Assembly: GCA_045640565.1 (NCBI GenBank)
Contig: JAZUFG010000114.1
Coordinates: 1,846-65,845, forward strand
Length of the DNA stretch: 64,000 bases
Direction: 5' to 3'
DNA from: Oscillospiraceae bacterium
GTDB taxonomy: Bacteria; Bacillota; Clostridia; Oscillospirales; Oscillospiraceae
The notes under the pieces are model-generated. The model did not search any database, was not told the DNA's origin, and was given only the letters and a program-made list of their open reading frames with translations. The stretch's first letter is position 1. Every line of letters begins with the position of its first letter. The position numbers and the translations under genes are program-made. Below, piece by piece: positions 49,666 to 59,402 of the stretch.

Positions 49666-50487
49666 ATGAAAATTGCGGTAACTTATGAAAACGGAGAAGT
49701 CTTTCAGCACTTTGGAAGGACCAGGACATTTAAGATCTATGACATTGCAGGAGAAAATATCCTCTCCTCGGAAATCCTGGACTGCGGAGAAACAGGGCAC
49801 GAAGCCCTGGCTGAGCTGTTAAGCGAGAATGAAGTGGATGTCCTGATCTGCGGCGGCATGGGAAGCGGCGCCCAGGCTGCTCTCACGGATACCGGTATCC
49901 GGATCTGTTCCGGAGCAAGCGGGAATGCGGACGGTTCAGTGGAAGCTTTTCTGCGGGGAGAACTCAGCTCCGAAGGCGTAAACTGTGATCATCATGAAGA
50001 AGGTTCCGGCTGCAGCGGCCACTGCGGGGGCTGCCACGGCTGCCATCCCATGATGGAAGGCAAAAATGTGGGGAAAGCCGTCAAAGTCCATTACCAGGGT
50101 ACCTTTAACGACGGAACACAGTTTGATTCCTCTTACGAACGAGGTGAACCTCTCAGCTTCATCTGCGGAGCGGGCATGATGATCCCCGGCTTTGATCAGG
50201 CAGTCGCTCTGATGGAAGTGGGTGAAATCATGAATATTCACCTATCCCCCGAAGATGCTTACGGCCCTTCCGATCCGAATGCCATCTTTACGGTGGAGAC
50301 CTCCATGGTCCCGGGTTCCGAAGATCTTAAAGTAGGACAGAGGGTATATCTGACAGACGGGAGCGGCCGTCCCCTTCCCGTTCTTGTTACCCAAAAAGAA
50401 GGAGAAAGCATCACCTTTGATGCCAACCATGAAATGGCAGGAAAGGAACTCAATTTTAAAATTGAGCTTTTGGAAGTCTCCGAGTAA
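49666..50487 (+). CDS. fusion protein: NifX/NifB-like (dinitrogenase FeMo-cofactor-binding fold) domain + Cys/His-rich linker + SlyD-type FKBP peptidyl-prolyl isomerase
   Basis: MKIAVTYENGEVFQHFGRT...VLICGGMG is NifX-like. The linker is NCDHHEEGSGCSGHCGGCHGCHP. VKVHYQGTF.DGTQFDSS ... FDANHEMAGKELNF is a SlyD-like FKBP with an insert-in-flap. ATG at 49666 follows AAGGAGG. Confidence 0.75.
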   Translation: MKIAVTYENGEVFQHFGRTRTFKIYDIAGENILSSEILDCGETGHEALAELLSENEVDVLICGGMGSGAQAALTDTGIRICSGASGNADGSVEAFLRGELSSEGVNCDHHEEGSGCSGHCGGCHGCHPMMEGKNVGKAVKVHYQGTFNDGTQFDSSYERGEPLSFICGAGMMIPGFDQAVALMEVGEIMNIHLSPEDAYGPSDPNAIFTVETSMVPGSEDLKVGQRVYLTDGSGRPLPVLVTQKEGESITFDANHEMAGKELNFKIELLEVSE

Positions 50488-50496
50488 AAAGGGCAT

Positions 50497-50535
50497 AAAA
50501 ATATCCCGGTTCCAGAAAGGACCGGGATATTTTTT
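50497..50535. terminator. bidirectional rho-independent terminator
   Basis: AAAAATATCCCGGT/ACCGGGATATTTTT stem flanked by A and T runs, between convergent rplQ and the FKBP fusion gene. Confidence 0.8.
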
Positions 50536-50581
50536 ATGCTGCTCTCACCGATCTCCGCAAAGAACAGTGAGACGAAGAAAA

Positions 50582-50923
50582 TTAAACAAGTTCAATAACT
50601 GCTTTTTCGGCTGCATCGCCGCGACGAAGAGTAGTTCTGGTTACACGGGTGTAACCGCCCTTGCGCTCTGCATACTTGGGAGCGATTTCGTCAAACAGCT
50701 TCTTTGCAACATCTTCCTTGGTAACAAAGGCAAGAGCTCTGCGATAGTTGGCAAGGCCGCCCTTTTTGGCCAGGGTGATGAGCTTTTCAACAACGGGCTG
50801 AACTTCCTTGGCACGGAAAAAAGTGGTTTCAATCTTGCCATAGGAAAGCAGGTCAGTTGCGAGCTGGCGGAGCAGAGCCTTTCTCTGTGTGCTGGTCTTA
50901 CCCAGTTTGCGTGTTCCGTACAT
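50582..50923 (-). CDS. rplQ: 50S ribosomal protein L17
   Basis: [21 protein letters not shown]. Canonical position after rpoA. Confidence 0.95.
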   Translation of the reverse strand: MYGTRKLGKTSTQRKALLRQLATDLLSYGKIETTFFRAKEVQPVVEKLITLAKKGGLANYRRALAFVTKEDVAKKLFDEIAPKYAERKGGYTRVTRTTLRRGDAAEKAVIELV

Positions 50924-50944
50924 AATTCATTTACCTCCAAAAGC

Positions 50945-51913
50945 TTACTGCTCGGAATCTTTTTCTTTGGACTCTTCATTGGCGAGGCTCAGGCCCATCA
51001 TGGCGAGCTTATTCTGAACCTCTTCGAGGGACTTTCTGCCCATATTGCGGACCTTCATCATTTCGTCGCTGGTCTTGGAAATCAAGTCCTCAACGTTGTT
51101 GATATTGGCACGCTTCAGGCAGTTAAAGCTACGAACGGACAGATCCAGCTCTTCAATCGTGAGCTCCAAAACCTTGTCATGAGTGGGCTCCGGCTTATCT
51201 ACGACTGTGGGGCTGCTATTCACGGCCTCAGAGAGATCCGTAAAGAGAGAGAGGTGATCCGTCATAATCTTTGCGCCCAGGGAAACAGCATCCCGAGCGG
51301 AAATCGTATTATTGGTCCATACCTCAAGAGTCAGCTTGTCGTAGTCGGTCATATTACCGACACGGGTGTTTTCCACCGTGTAGTTGACCTTATAAACCGG
51401 GGAATAAAGGGAATCCACAGCAATTACGCCAATCGGCATATTGGGATTCTTATTCCGATCGGCAGGGACATAGCCCCGGCCGTGACCCAGTGTAATCTCC
51501 ATGCTGAAGTTTGCATCGGGACCAAGGGAGCAGATATGGAGCTCCGGATTGATGATCTCCACATCGCTATCCAGCCTGATATCACCGGCAGTGACTTCGC
51601 ATTCACCGGTCGCATCAATATAGACGGTCTTAGGGCCGGCACAATGCAGCTTGGCAATAATCTTCTTGACATTCAAAACGATCTCCGTGACATCCTCACG
51701 AACACCGGGAATGGTGGAGAATTCATGCTGCACGCCAGCAATCTTGATAGATGTAGCGGCAGATCCGGGAAGAGAGCTCAGAAGGATCCGACGAAGGGAG
51801 TTGCCCATCGTTGTTCCATAGCCTCTGGCCAGGGGTTCTACCGTATAAATACCATGATTGCTACCCTCAGGGGCATCGTCACATGTAATGCGAGGCTTTT
51901 CAAATTCAACCAT
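50945..51913 (-). CDS. rpoA: DNA-directed RNA polymerase subunit alpha
   Basis: MVEFEKPRI start, [10 protein letters not shown], and a C-terminal domain with [15 protein letters not shown] at 51913; the track start is 7 codons upstream. Confidence 0.95.
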   Translation of the reverse strand: MVEFEKPRITCDDAPEGSNHGIYTVEPLARGYGTTMGNSLRRILLSSLPGSAATSIKIAGVQHEFSTIPGVREDVTEIVLNVKKIIAKLHCAGPKTVYIDATGECEVTAGDIRLDSDVEIINPELHICSLGPDANFSMEITLGHGRGYVPADRNKNPNMPIGVIAVDSLYSPVYKVNYTVENTRVGNMTDYDKLTLEVWTNNTISARDAVSLGAKIMTDHLSLFTDLSEAVNSSPTVVDKPEPTHDKVLELTIEELDLSVRSFNCLKRANINNVEDLISKTSDEMMKVRNMGRKSLEEVQNKLAMMGLSLANEESKEKDSEQ

Positions 51914-51988
51914 TAAATAAATACCCTCCTTCAATCTGCGAAAAGAGCTTTCGCCGCTATGTTCAGCTTACGGTTCAGAAGGTTCAGA

Positions 51989-52585
51989 TTACTTGGAGTA
52001 ATACTCGACGATGAGGTGTTCTGCGATTTCAAAGTCGATATCGTCTCTAGCAGGCATCGTAACAACTTTACCCGTCAAAGTGTTCTTATCGCGATCCAGC
52101 CACTTGGGAGCAGCCACAAAAGCGTCAGCTTCCTTCATCATCTTAAAACGAGTGCAGGACTGGCTCTTTTCAGAGACAGCAATAACGTCGCCAACCTTAA
52201 CCAAATAAGAAGGGATATTTACGCGCTTGCCGTTCACGTTGAAATGACCGTGACTGACCAGCTGGCGGGCTTCCCGACGGGTTGAAGCAAAACCGAGGCG
52301 ATAGACTGCATTGTCCAATCTGCGCTCAACGAGAACCAGGAGGTTTTCGCCGGTGTTGCCTTCCATGCGTTCAGCCTTCTCGTAATAAGCACGGAACTGC
52401 TTTTCAAGAATGCCATATACGAACTTGACCTTCTGCTTTTCCTGCATCTGGAGGCCATATTCGGATTTCTTTGTTCTTCTCTGTCCACCGGGGTTCTTAT
52501 TGGAAGACTTGTTATAACCCATTGCGGCGGGAGAAACGCCCAGAGTTCTGCAGCGCTTCAGGACAGGCTGTGTATTTCTTGCCAT
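51989..52585 (-). CDS. rpsD: 30S ribosomal protein S4
   Basis: MARNTQPVLKRCR..., RLDNAVYRLGFA S4 domain. Confidence 0.95.
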   Translation of the reverse strand: MARNTQPVLKRCRTLGVSPAAMGYNKSSNKNPGGQRRTKKSEYGLQMQEKQKVKFVYGILEKQFRAYYEKAERMEGNTGENLLVLVERRLDNAVYRLGFASTRREARQLVSHGHFNVNGKRVNIPSYLVKVGDVIAVSEKSQSCTRFKMMKEADAFVAAPKWLDRDKNTLTGKVVTMPARDDIDFEIAEHLIVEYYSK

Positions 52586-52606
52586 AAATTATTTCCTCCT
52601 TCTAAA

Positions 52607-53005
52607 TCAGACACGACGTCTCTTGGGAGGACGGCAGCCATTGTGAGGAATGGGAGTGACGTCCTTGATCATGGTGACATCGAGGCCTGCAGACTGCAGG
52701 GCACGGATAGCAGCTTCACGACCCTGACCGGGGCCCTTCACGAAGACTTCAACGGTCTTCAGACCGTAGTTGTCAACAGCGGCCTTTGCGGCAGTCTCTG
52801 CAGCCATCTGTGCTGCGAAAGGAGTGGATTTCTTGGATCCGCGGAAGCCGAGGCCACCGGAGGATGCCCAGGAAAGAGCGTTACCATTGCTGTCGGTAAT
52901 GGTAACCATGGTGTTGTTGAAAGAGGAACGGATATGAGCGGCACCTTTTTCAACTACCTTGCGTTCACGACGACGCTTGACAACTTTTTTAGCAGCTTTA
53001 GCCAT
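52607..53005 (-). CDS. rpsK: 30S ribosomal protein S11
   Basis: [16 protein letters not shown]...[14 protein letters not shown]. Confidence 0.95.
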   Translation of the reverse strand: MAKAAKKVVKRRRERKVVEKGAAHIRSSFNNTMVTITDSNGNALSWASSGGLGFRGSKKSTPFAAQMAAETAAKAAVDNYGLKTVEVFVKGPGQGREAAIRALQSAGLDVTMIKDVTPIPHNGCRPPKRRRV

Positions 53006-53020
53006 ACCATATTCCTCCTA

Positions 53021-53389
53021 TTACTTCTTCTTATTCGCAATAGTCTTCTTGGGACCCTTGCGCGTTCTAGCGTTGGTCTTTGTTCTCTGACCGCGGACGG
53101 GCAGACCGCGACGATGGCGGACACCGCGATAGCAGCCGATTTCCGTGAGCCGCTTAATATTCATAGCGGTTTCGCGGCGCAGGTCACCTTCGATGGTGTA
53201 GTTCTTATCGATAACTTCACGAAGAGCAGCTTCCTGGTCATCGGTAAGGTCCTTAACGCGGATGTCGGGATCCACATTAGCGAGCTTCAAAATATCATTT
53301 GCGCTCTTTCTGCCGATACCGTAAATATAGGTCAGACCGATTTCAATTCTTTTTTCACGGGGCAGGTCAATACCAGCAATACGTGCCAT
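53021..53389 (-). CDS. rpsM: 30S ribosomal protein S13
   Basis: [26 protein letters not shown]. Confidence 0.95.
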   Translation of the reverse strand: MARIAGIDLPREKRIEIGLTYIYGIGRKSANDILKLANVDPDIRVKDLTDDQEAALREVIDKNYTIEGDLRRETAMNIKRLTEIGCYRGVRHRRGLPVRGQRTKTNARTRKGPKKTIANKKK

Positions 53390-53410
53390 AGTTCTTCAAG
53401 CACCTCCTAA

Positions 53411-53524
53411 TCAGCCTTGTCTCTGCTTATGCTTGGGGTTTTCGCAAATAACCATTACACGGCCCTTGCGCTTGATAACCTTGCACTTTTCGCACATGGG
53501 CTTAACGGACGGTCTTACTTTCAT
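53411..53524 (-). CDS. rpmJ: 50S ribosomal protein L36
   Basis: Not in the ORF track (37 aa). Read from the minus strand as [37 protein letters not shown] followed by TGA. Confidence 0.9.
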   Translation of the reverse strand: MKVRPSVKPMCEKCKVIKRKGRVMVICENPKHKQRQG

Positions 53525-53547
53525 ACAATAACCTCCACAAATTCTGT

Positions 53548-53766
53548 TTACTTACTTCTCCATGTGATTCTTCCGCGGGTAAGATCATAGGGTGACATTT
53601 GAACTGTTACCTTATCGCCCGGGAGAATCTTAATAAAGTTCATCCTGAGCTTGCCGGAAATATGTGCCAAAATGACATGTCCGTTTCCGATATCCACCGA
53701 AAACATTGCATTTGGCAGCGCATCCACAACGATGCCCTCAAGCTCGATTACGTCGTCTTTTGCCAA
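53548..53766 (-). CDS. infA: translation initiation factor IF-1
   Basis: [21 protein letters not shown]..., S1-like fold. The initiation codon reads TTG, 10 nt after GGAGG. Confidence 0.9.
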   Translation of the reverse strand: MAKDDVIELEGIVVDALPNAMFSVDIGNGHVILAHISGKLRMNFIKILPGDKVTVQMSPYDLTRGRITWRSK

Positions 53767-53867
53767 GTAACAATAACCTCCTTGGTAATATGACAGTCGA
53801 CTATCTGGCTTTCGCCATTTTTCTTCGAATGTTCTCCGGAAAGAAATTCAGAATCCGCAGCGATGCG

Positions 53868-54632
53868 CTATTCCAATTTTCCATCCGAAGTGACGGTGAG
53901 GATTTCCGGCTCGCCGTCAGTGATGAGCAAAGTGTTTTCATAGTGTGCAGAAAGGCTTCCATCTTTCGTGACCGTCGTCCAACGATCTCTCAAAACTTCA
54001 ACCTCCCAGGACCCTTGGTTGACCATAGGCTCCACACAGATCGTCATGCCCTTGATCAGCCTCGGCCCCCTACCCAGTTTCCCGTAGTTGGGCACATTTG
54101 GTTCTTCATGAAGATTCGCGCCGATGCCGTGACCTACAAAGTCGCGTACAACAGAGAACCCGTTTTCTTCTACATAAGCCTGAACTGCAGCCGAGATATC
54201 GGAAACCCGGTAGCCCTGCCTGGCAAATCGCAGGCCTTCGAAGAAACTTTGCTTCGTGACATCAATCAAACGCCGTGCCTCCGGAGAAATCTCTCCGCAA
54301 GCATAGGTGGCAGCACAGTCACCGTGAAATCCGTGATAGTTTGCGCCAACATCAACACTGACGATGTCACCCTCATGCAAAACCTGATTCTTCGGGATGC
54401 CGTGGATGACCACATTGTTGACGGAAATGCAGGCACTGGCGGGAAAACCGCCATAATTCAGAAAAGACGGAACTGCGCCGCGCGAAAGGATAAAGTCATG
54501 AACGGCCTTATCGATCTCAATGAGTTTAACGCCAGGTCTTACCATTGCGCCTGCCAAGGCACGCGCTGCCGCGGTAATTTCGCCGGCCTTACGCATCTCA
54601 ATGAGTTCTCGCTCAATTTTGACAGATATCAT
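53868..54632 (-). CDS. map: type I methionine aminopeptidase
   Basis: Metal ligands in the contexts DIVSVDVG, GHGIG, and EPMV. 254 aa. Confidence 0.95.
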   Translation of the reverse strand: MISVKIERELIEMRKAGEITAAARALAGAMVRPGVKLIEIDKAVHDFILSRGAVPSFLNYGGFPASACISVNNVVIHGIPKNQVLHEGDIVSVDVGANYHGFHGDCAATYACGEISPEARRLIDVTKQSFFEGLRFARQGYRVSDISAAVQAYVEENGFSVVRDFVGHGIGANLHEEPNVPNYGKLGRGPRLIKGMTICVEPMVNQGSWEVEVLRDRWTTVTKDGSLSAHYENTLLITDGEPEILTVTSDGKLE

Positions 54633-55266
54633 TATCCATACCTATCGCCGCCATGATGTCACGGGTTGCCTGCTCAATGCTCTCGTTGCCGGTTATCATG
54701 CGCAGATGGCCTCTCTTGGAATAGAACTCCTTTAAAGGCTCTGTCTGGCGGTGATAAACCACTAAACGGGCACGCACCGTTTCCGGCGCATCATCTGAAC
54801 GAACCGACAAGGGTCCGCCGCAGACGTCACAGACACCCACTCTTTTCGGCGGTCTTGCAATCAAGTGATAACCGATGTCACAGGCACTGCAAACACGGCG
54901 CCCCTGCATACGTTTCTCAATGACTGCATCATCAATCTCAATGGAGATTACATGGTCAAACCGAAGTCCGGCTGCCTCAAGCGCCTCAGCCTGGGGAATC
55001 GTGCGGGGCACGCCATCGAGGATGTAGCCATTGCCGCAATCCTCTTTGGCCAAGCGTTCCCGAATGATATTGAGAATAACATCATCCGAAACCAACTGTC
55101 CCCGGTCAATCAGGTCTTTCGCCTTCAGCCCGAGCTCGGTTTTATTTTTAATTGCTTCTCTGAGTATATTTCCGGTTGAGATGGAAGGGATCCCCAGGAT
55201 CCTGGAAAGAATCCTGGCCTGTGTACCCTTCCCTGCGCCCGGAGCGCCCAAAAGAATCAAATTCAT
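54613..55266 (-). CDS. adk: adenylate kinase
   Basis: MNLILLGAPGAGKGTQA P-loop. Zinc lid CSAC...CDVCG. The track start is 9 codons upstream. Confidence 0.95.
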   Translation of the reverse strand: MNLILLGAPGAGKGTQARILSRILGIPSISTGNILREAIKNKTELGLKAKDLIDRGQLVSDDVILNIIRERLAKEDCGNGYILDGVPRTIPQAEALEAAGLRFDHVISIEIDDAVIEKRMQGRRVCSACDIGYHLIARPPKRVGVCDVCGGPLSVRSDDAPETVRARLVVYHRQTEPLKEFYSKRGHLRMITGNESIEQATRDIMAAIGMDNDICQN

Positions 55267-55285
55267 GCCATACCCTCCGGTACGC

Positions 55286-56569
55286 TTATTCAAGGAAGCC
55301 CTTGTAGTGCCGCATCAGCATCTGAGCTTCGATTGCTTCCACGGTTTCCGTTGCAACACCGACAACGATGATAACGGAGGTACCGCCGACTGCAAGGGAA
55401 GGAACGCCGATGACATTACCGACGATAATCGGCAGGAGCGCTACAACGCCAAGATAAAGAGCACCAAAAAGGACGATCTTGTGAATTGTCTTTGCAATAA
55501 AATCGGAAGTGGGACGGCCCGGACGGAAGCCGGGAATGAATCCGCCATTCTTCTTCATGTTGTTCGCAATTTCCACAGGATTATACTGAACAGTTGCATA
55601 GAAGTAGCTGAACGCGATAATCAGGATGAAATAGGAAACCGCATAAACCACACAAGTAGAATCAAATACATTCGTGTACCACCAACCGGAAGTCTTGCCG
55701 ACGAAGGTACAGATCGTTGCAGGCACGGAAGCAATGGATTGGGCAAAAATGATGGGAAGCACACCAGACATATTCACCTTGATAGGCAGATGGGTGCTCT
55801 GTCCGCCGTAAATCTTCCGACCAACAACGCGCTTTGCATACTGGACGGGAATCCGACGCTCGGCATTGGTGATGAAAACGATAAAGGCGATCAAAGCAAG
55901 GATACCGACAACAAGGAGAATGCAGGTCCACCAATAGAAGTTATTGGTATTATCCTGCAGGGCCTGGATTGCAGTCAGGACCAGAGCCGGAACACGAGAA
56001 ATGATGTTGGCAAAGAGGATAATAGAAATACCGTTGCCCACACCGGACTCCGTGACACGCTCACCCAGCCAAACCACAAATGCAGCGCCGGCAGCGAAGC
56101 TGAGAACGATCACAACACCGGGAAGGAAGCCCGTCTCCGTCAAGATACCGCTGTAGTTGGAGAGCATCACATAGTATGCCCAGCCCATAAGAAGGCTGAT
56201 ACCAACTGTGGTATAACGGGTAATGCGGGCAATCTTCGCTCTGCCTTCTTCTCCCTCTTCCTTGGCCATGCGCTCCAGAGCAGGAATCGCAATGGTCAGA
56301 AGCTCAATAATGATCTGCGCATTGATGTAAGGCTGAATGCTCAGAGCAAAGAGCTTTGCAGTGGAGAGCGAGGAACCGGACATGGCGTTGAGAAGGCCAA
56401 GGACCGTATTCGCAAGATTCTGAGAATAATACTGGCTGAGGACAGCCGCATTAATATACGGAACCGGAATCGAAGATCCTACGCGGAAAATCAGGAGAAT
56501 CAAGAGGGTGAAGAGAAGCTTCTTTCTTAATTCGGGAATCTTCCAGGCGTTACGGAGTGTTGTAATCAC
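55286..56569 (-). CDS. secY: preprotein translocase subunit SecY
   Basis: 10-TM protein starting ELRKKLLFTLLILLIFRVGS. Canonical position after rplO. Confidence 0.95.
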   Translation of the reverse strand: MITTLRNAWKIPELRKKLLFTLLILLIFRVGSSIPVPYINAAVLSQYYSQNLANTVLGLLNAMSGSSLSTAKLFALSIQPYINAQIIIELLTIAIPALERMAKEEGEEGRAKIARITRYTTVGISLLMGWAYYVMLSNYSGILTETGFLPGVVIVLSFAAGAAFVVWLGERVTESGVGNGISIILFANIISRVPALVLTAIQALQDNTNNFYWWTCILLVVGILALIAFIVFITNAERRIPVQYAKRVVGRKIYGGQSTHLPIKVNMSGVLPIIFAQSIASVPATICTFVGKTSGWWYTNVFDSTCVVYAVSYFILIIAFSYFYATVQYNPVEIANNMKKNGGFIPGFRPGRPTSDFIAKTIHKIVLFGALYLGVVALLPIIVGNVIGVPSLAVGGTSVIIVVGVATETVEAIEAQMLMRHYKGFLE

Positions 56570-57010
56570 TTACACCACCTCAGCCTTTCCACCTGCCTGT
56601 TCGATCTTTTCCTTGGCAGATGCGGAGAAAGCAGCAGCGTTAACGGTGAGCTTCTTCGTGAGAGTACCATTTGCAATGACCTTGATGCCATACTCTGCAT
56701 CACGGACAATGCCCTTCTCAGTCAGAGCGGCAACATCAACGACATCGCCGTCTTCAAAAGCGTTCAGAGCAGCAAGATTAACAGCTACTGTACGCTTTGC
56801 AAAGATATTGTTGAAGCCGCGCTTAGGAATACGGCGAGCCAAAGGCATCTGGCCACCTTCAAAACCGATCCGGGTCTTACCGCCGGAACGGGCCATCTGA
56901 CCCTTGTGTCCACGGCCTGCAGTCTTTCCGTTGCCGGAAGCAGTGCCGCGACCCTTACGCTTAGCTACATGGGTGGAACCCATAACGGGAGCAAGTTCGT
57001 GTAAATCCAT
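56570..57010 (-). CDS. rplO: 50S ribosomal protein L15
   Basis: [22 protein letters not shown]. Confidence 0.95.
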   Translation of the reverse strand: MDLHELAPVMGSTHVAKRKGRGTASGNGKTAGRGHKGQMARSGGKTRIGFEGGQMPLARRIPKRGFNNIFAKRTVAVNLAALNAFEDGDVVDVAALTEKGIVRDAEYGIKVIANGTLTKKLTVNAAAFSASAKEKIEQAGGKAEVV

Positions 57011-57023
57011 TCTTGTCTCCTCC

Positions 57024-57206
57024 TTAGTCTTCCTTGGTGACTTTCACAAGATAACCGATCTGATTGATCTTGCCGAGAGTCATTTCATTATCAGGCTGAA
57101 CGGTTTCCTGGCCGATCTTGGTGAGGCCAAGAGAAGCTGCAGTAGCAATATGCTTCTTCAGGCGACCATTCAGGCTCTTCACAAGTTTAACTCTATACTG
57201 TGCCAT
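57024..57206 (-). CDS. rpmD: 50S ribosomal protein L30
   Basis: [22 protein letters not shown] at 57206 is 8 nt after GGAGGG; the track start is a TTG 2 codons upstream. Confidence 0.9.
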   Translation of the reverse strand: MAQYRVKLVKSLNGRLKKHIATAASLGLTKIGQETVQPDNEMTLGKINQIGYLVKVTKED

Positions 57207-57220
57207 GTTCAAAGCCCTCC

Positions 57221-57733
57221 TTAGCCTAAAATCTGCTCAACGGTCAGGCCTCTGGTCTGAGCAACCTGCTCAGGTCCACGAAGGGAAATAAGACCCTGCA
57301 TGGTAGCCTTAACAACGTTCTGAGGATTGTTGGAACGGAGACACTTGGTACGAATATTGGTGATGCCAACTGCTTCCATGATTGCACGGACAGCGCCGCC
57401 GGCGATAACGCCGGTGCCTTCGGGAGCCGGCTTCAGCAGAACTTCGCCTGCGCCGAACTTACCGGTCACCTCATGAGGAATGGTAGTTCCGGAGGTGGTG
57501 ACATGGAACATGTTCTTCTTTGCAGCTGCGATGCCCTTCAGGATAGCTTCAGAAACTTCGGCAGCCTTTCCAAGGCCAAAACCGACGGTACCCTTGCCAT
57601 CTCCGACAACAACCAGAGCAGAGAACTTCATAACACGGCCGCCCTTAACAGTCTTGCTGACACGGTTCAGGTAAACGACCTTTTCAATCATTTCAGGAGC
57701 AGTGGAATCTGCCTGAGCTTTATTATATGCCAT
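57221..57733 (-). CDS. rpsE: 30S ribosomal protein S5
   Basis: [27 protein letters not shown]. Confidence 0.95.
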   Translation of the reverse strand: MAYNKAQADSTAPEMIEKVVYLNRVSKTVKGGRVMKFSALVVVGDGKGTVGFGLGKAAEVSEAILKGIAAAKKNMFHVTTSGTTIPHEVTGKFGAGEVLLKPAPEGTGVIAGGAVRAIMEAVGITNIRTKCLRSNNPQNVVKATMQGLISLRGPEQVAQTRGLTVEQILG

Positions 57734-57750
57734 TTCTTCTTCCTCCTGCC

Positions 57751-58110
57751 TTAGAATTCGAGGCCGCCTTCACGGGCGCCTTCAGCCAGAGCAGCAACAC
57801 GGCCATGATAGATATAGCCGCCGCGATCAAACACGACAACGCTGATGCCCTTTTCCTTTGCGCGCTCTGCAACCTTCAAGCCAACCTTCTTAGCGGCTTC
57901 GCAGTTGCCCTGTGCGCCTTCGAACTCTTTCTCGAGAGTGGATGCAGAAGCCAGGGTGACTCCGTTCACATCATCGATAACCTGCGCATAAATGTTTGCA
58001 TTGCTGCGGAAAACATTCAAACGGGGTCTTTCGGGTGTGCCGGAAATCTTATAACGGACTCTGGTATGACGCTTCAGTCTCTGAGCGTTCTTATCAATTT
58101 TGCTTACCAT
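57751..58110 (-). CDS. rplR: 50S ribosomal protein L18
   Basis: [27 protein letters not shown]. Confidence 0.95.
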   Translation of the reverse strand: MVSKIDKNAQRLKRHTRVRYKISGTPERPRLNVFRSNANIYAQVIDDVNGVTLASASTLEKEFEGAQGNCEAAKKVGLKVAERAKEKGISVVVFDRGGYIYHGRVAALAEGAREGGLEF

Positions 58111-58126
58111 TTACGCACACCTCCTA

Positions 58127-58672
58127 TTATTTCTTACCGCCGGCCTTGCCTTCTTTGCGGCGAATGGTCTCGGTAGTATATTTGATGCCCTTGCCCTTAT
58201 ACGGCTCGGGGGGTCTCTTGGAACGAATTTCAGCTGCGATCTGGCCAACTCTCTGCTTGTCAGGTCCACTGACAACGATCAGGTTCGGGTTGGGAGCATC
58301 CAGGGTGATACCGGGCTCTTCTTCCACGATAACGGGATGGGAATAACCCAAGCTCATGACAAGCTGATTGCCCTTCTTTTCAACCTTGTAGCCGACACCG
58401 TTGACTTCAAGTTCTTTCTTGAAGCAGGAAGCGGAACCGGTAACCATGTTATTCAAAAGAGTACGGGTCAGGCCGTGAAGAGCCTTAGTCTCGTTTTCGT
58501 CGTTCGGACGGGAAACGGTGATGACATTACCATCCTTCTTGATGGTCATCATGGGAGAAAGCTGCCGCTGCAGGGTACCCTTGGGGCCCTTAACCGTTAC
58601 AAAATTACCTTCGGCAACAGTAACTTCCACACCTGCGGGTACAGTAATGGGTAATTTACCAATTCTAGACAT
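58127..58672 (-). CDS. rplF: 50S ribosomal protein L6
   Basis: MSRIGKLPITVPAGVEV. The track start is 16 codons upstream. Confidence 0.95.
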   Translation of the reverse strand: MSRIGKLPITVPAGVEVTVAEGNFVTVKGPKGTLQRQLSPMMTIKKDGNVITVSRPNDENETKALHGLTRTLLNNMVTGSASCFKKELEVNGVGYKVEKKGNQLVMSLGYSHPVIVEEEPGITLDAPNPNLIVVSGPDKQRVGQIAAEIRSKRPPEPYKGKGIKYTTETIRRKEGKAGGKK

Positions 58673-58685
58673 CTCAGTACCCTCC

Positions 58686-59084
58686 TTACCACACGAAAGC
58701 AAGGACTTCGCCGCCGACATTCAGCTCTCTGGCTTTCCGGTCGGTCATGACGCCCTTGGAGGTGGAGATGATGGCGATGCCCAAGCCCTTCAGGACTCTG
58801 GGGAGTTCGTCAGCACCGGCATAGACACGGAGGCCGGGTTTGGAAACACGGCGCAGACCGCTCAGTGCCTTTTCATTCTTGCCCAGGTACTTCAGAGTGA
58901 TGTGAATCACACCCTGTGTGCCATCGTCTTTGATCTCAAAAGACTTGATATAGCCTTCGTCAAAGAGAATCTGAGCAATTGCTTTCTTCAGGTTGGAAGC
59001 GGGGACATCGACAGTGGGGTGCTTTGCAGAATTCGCATTCCGGATACGGGTCAGCATATCTGCAACGGGATCAGTGATTTGCAT
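58686..59084 (-). CDS. rpsH: 30S ribosomal protein S8
   Basis: [17 protein letters not shown]. Confidence 0.95.
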   Translation of the reverse strand: MQITDPVADMLTRIRNANSAKHPTVDVPASNLKKAIAQILFDEGYIKSFEIKDDGTQGVIHITLKYLGKNEKALSGLRRVSKPGLRVYAGADELPRVLKGLGIAIISTSKGVMTDRKARELNVGGEVLAFVW

Positions 59085-59202
59085 AAGAATACCTCCTATT
59101 AGAAGTTACAGGCAGAAGCCTGTTAAAATCCCGGGGTATCAAAGGAATGAAAACCGAAAACAGTTCCATATTCCTTTGACTACCGAGATCGTTTACAAAT
59201 AA

Positions 59203-59388
59203 TTACCAACTGGCTTTCTTAACGCCGGGGATTTCGCCCTTGTAGGCCAACTCTCTGAAGCAGATACGGCAAATACCGTAGTTACGCAGATAAGCGTGGG
59301 GTCTGCCGCAGATCTTGCATCTGTTGTAGCGACGGCAGGAGAACTTGGGCTCAGCCTGCTGCTTTAAAATCATTGCTTTTTTAGCCAT
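59203..59388 (-). CDS. rpsN: 30S ribosomal protein S14, type Z (zinc-binding, 61 aa)
   Basis: [23 protein letters not shown] carries the CxxC..CxxC pattern. Confidence 0.95.
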   Translation of the reverse strand: MAKKAMILKQQAEPKFSCRRYNRCKICGRPHAYLRNYGICRICFRELAYKGEIPGVKKASW

Positions 59389-59402
59389 CGTTTCTTCCTC
59401 CC

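Noticed and set aside
59085-59202. A ~32-codon ORF (MELFSVFIPLIPRDF...) in the rpsN-rpsH spacer.
   Set aside because: The only SD-like AGGA is 2 nt from the ATG, which is too close. The ORF runs out of frame into rpsH. The region is better explained as RNA structure.
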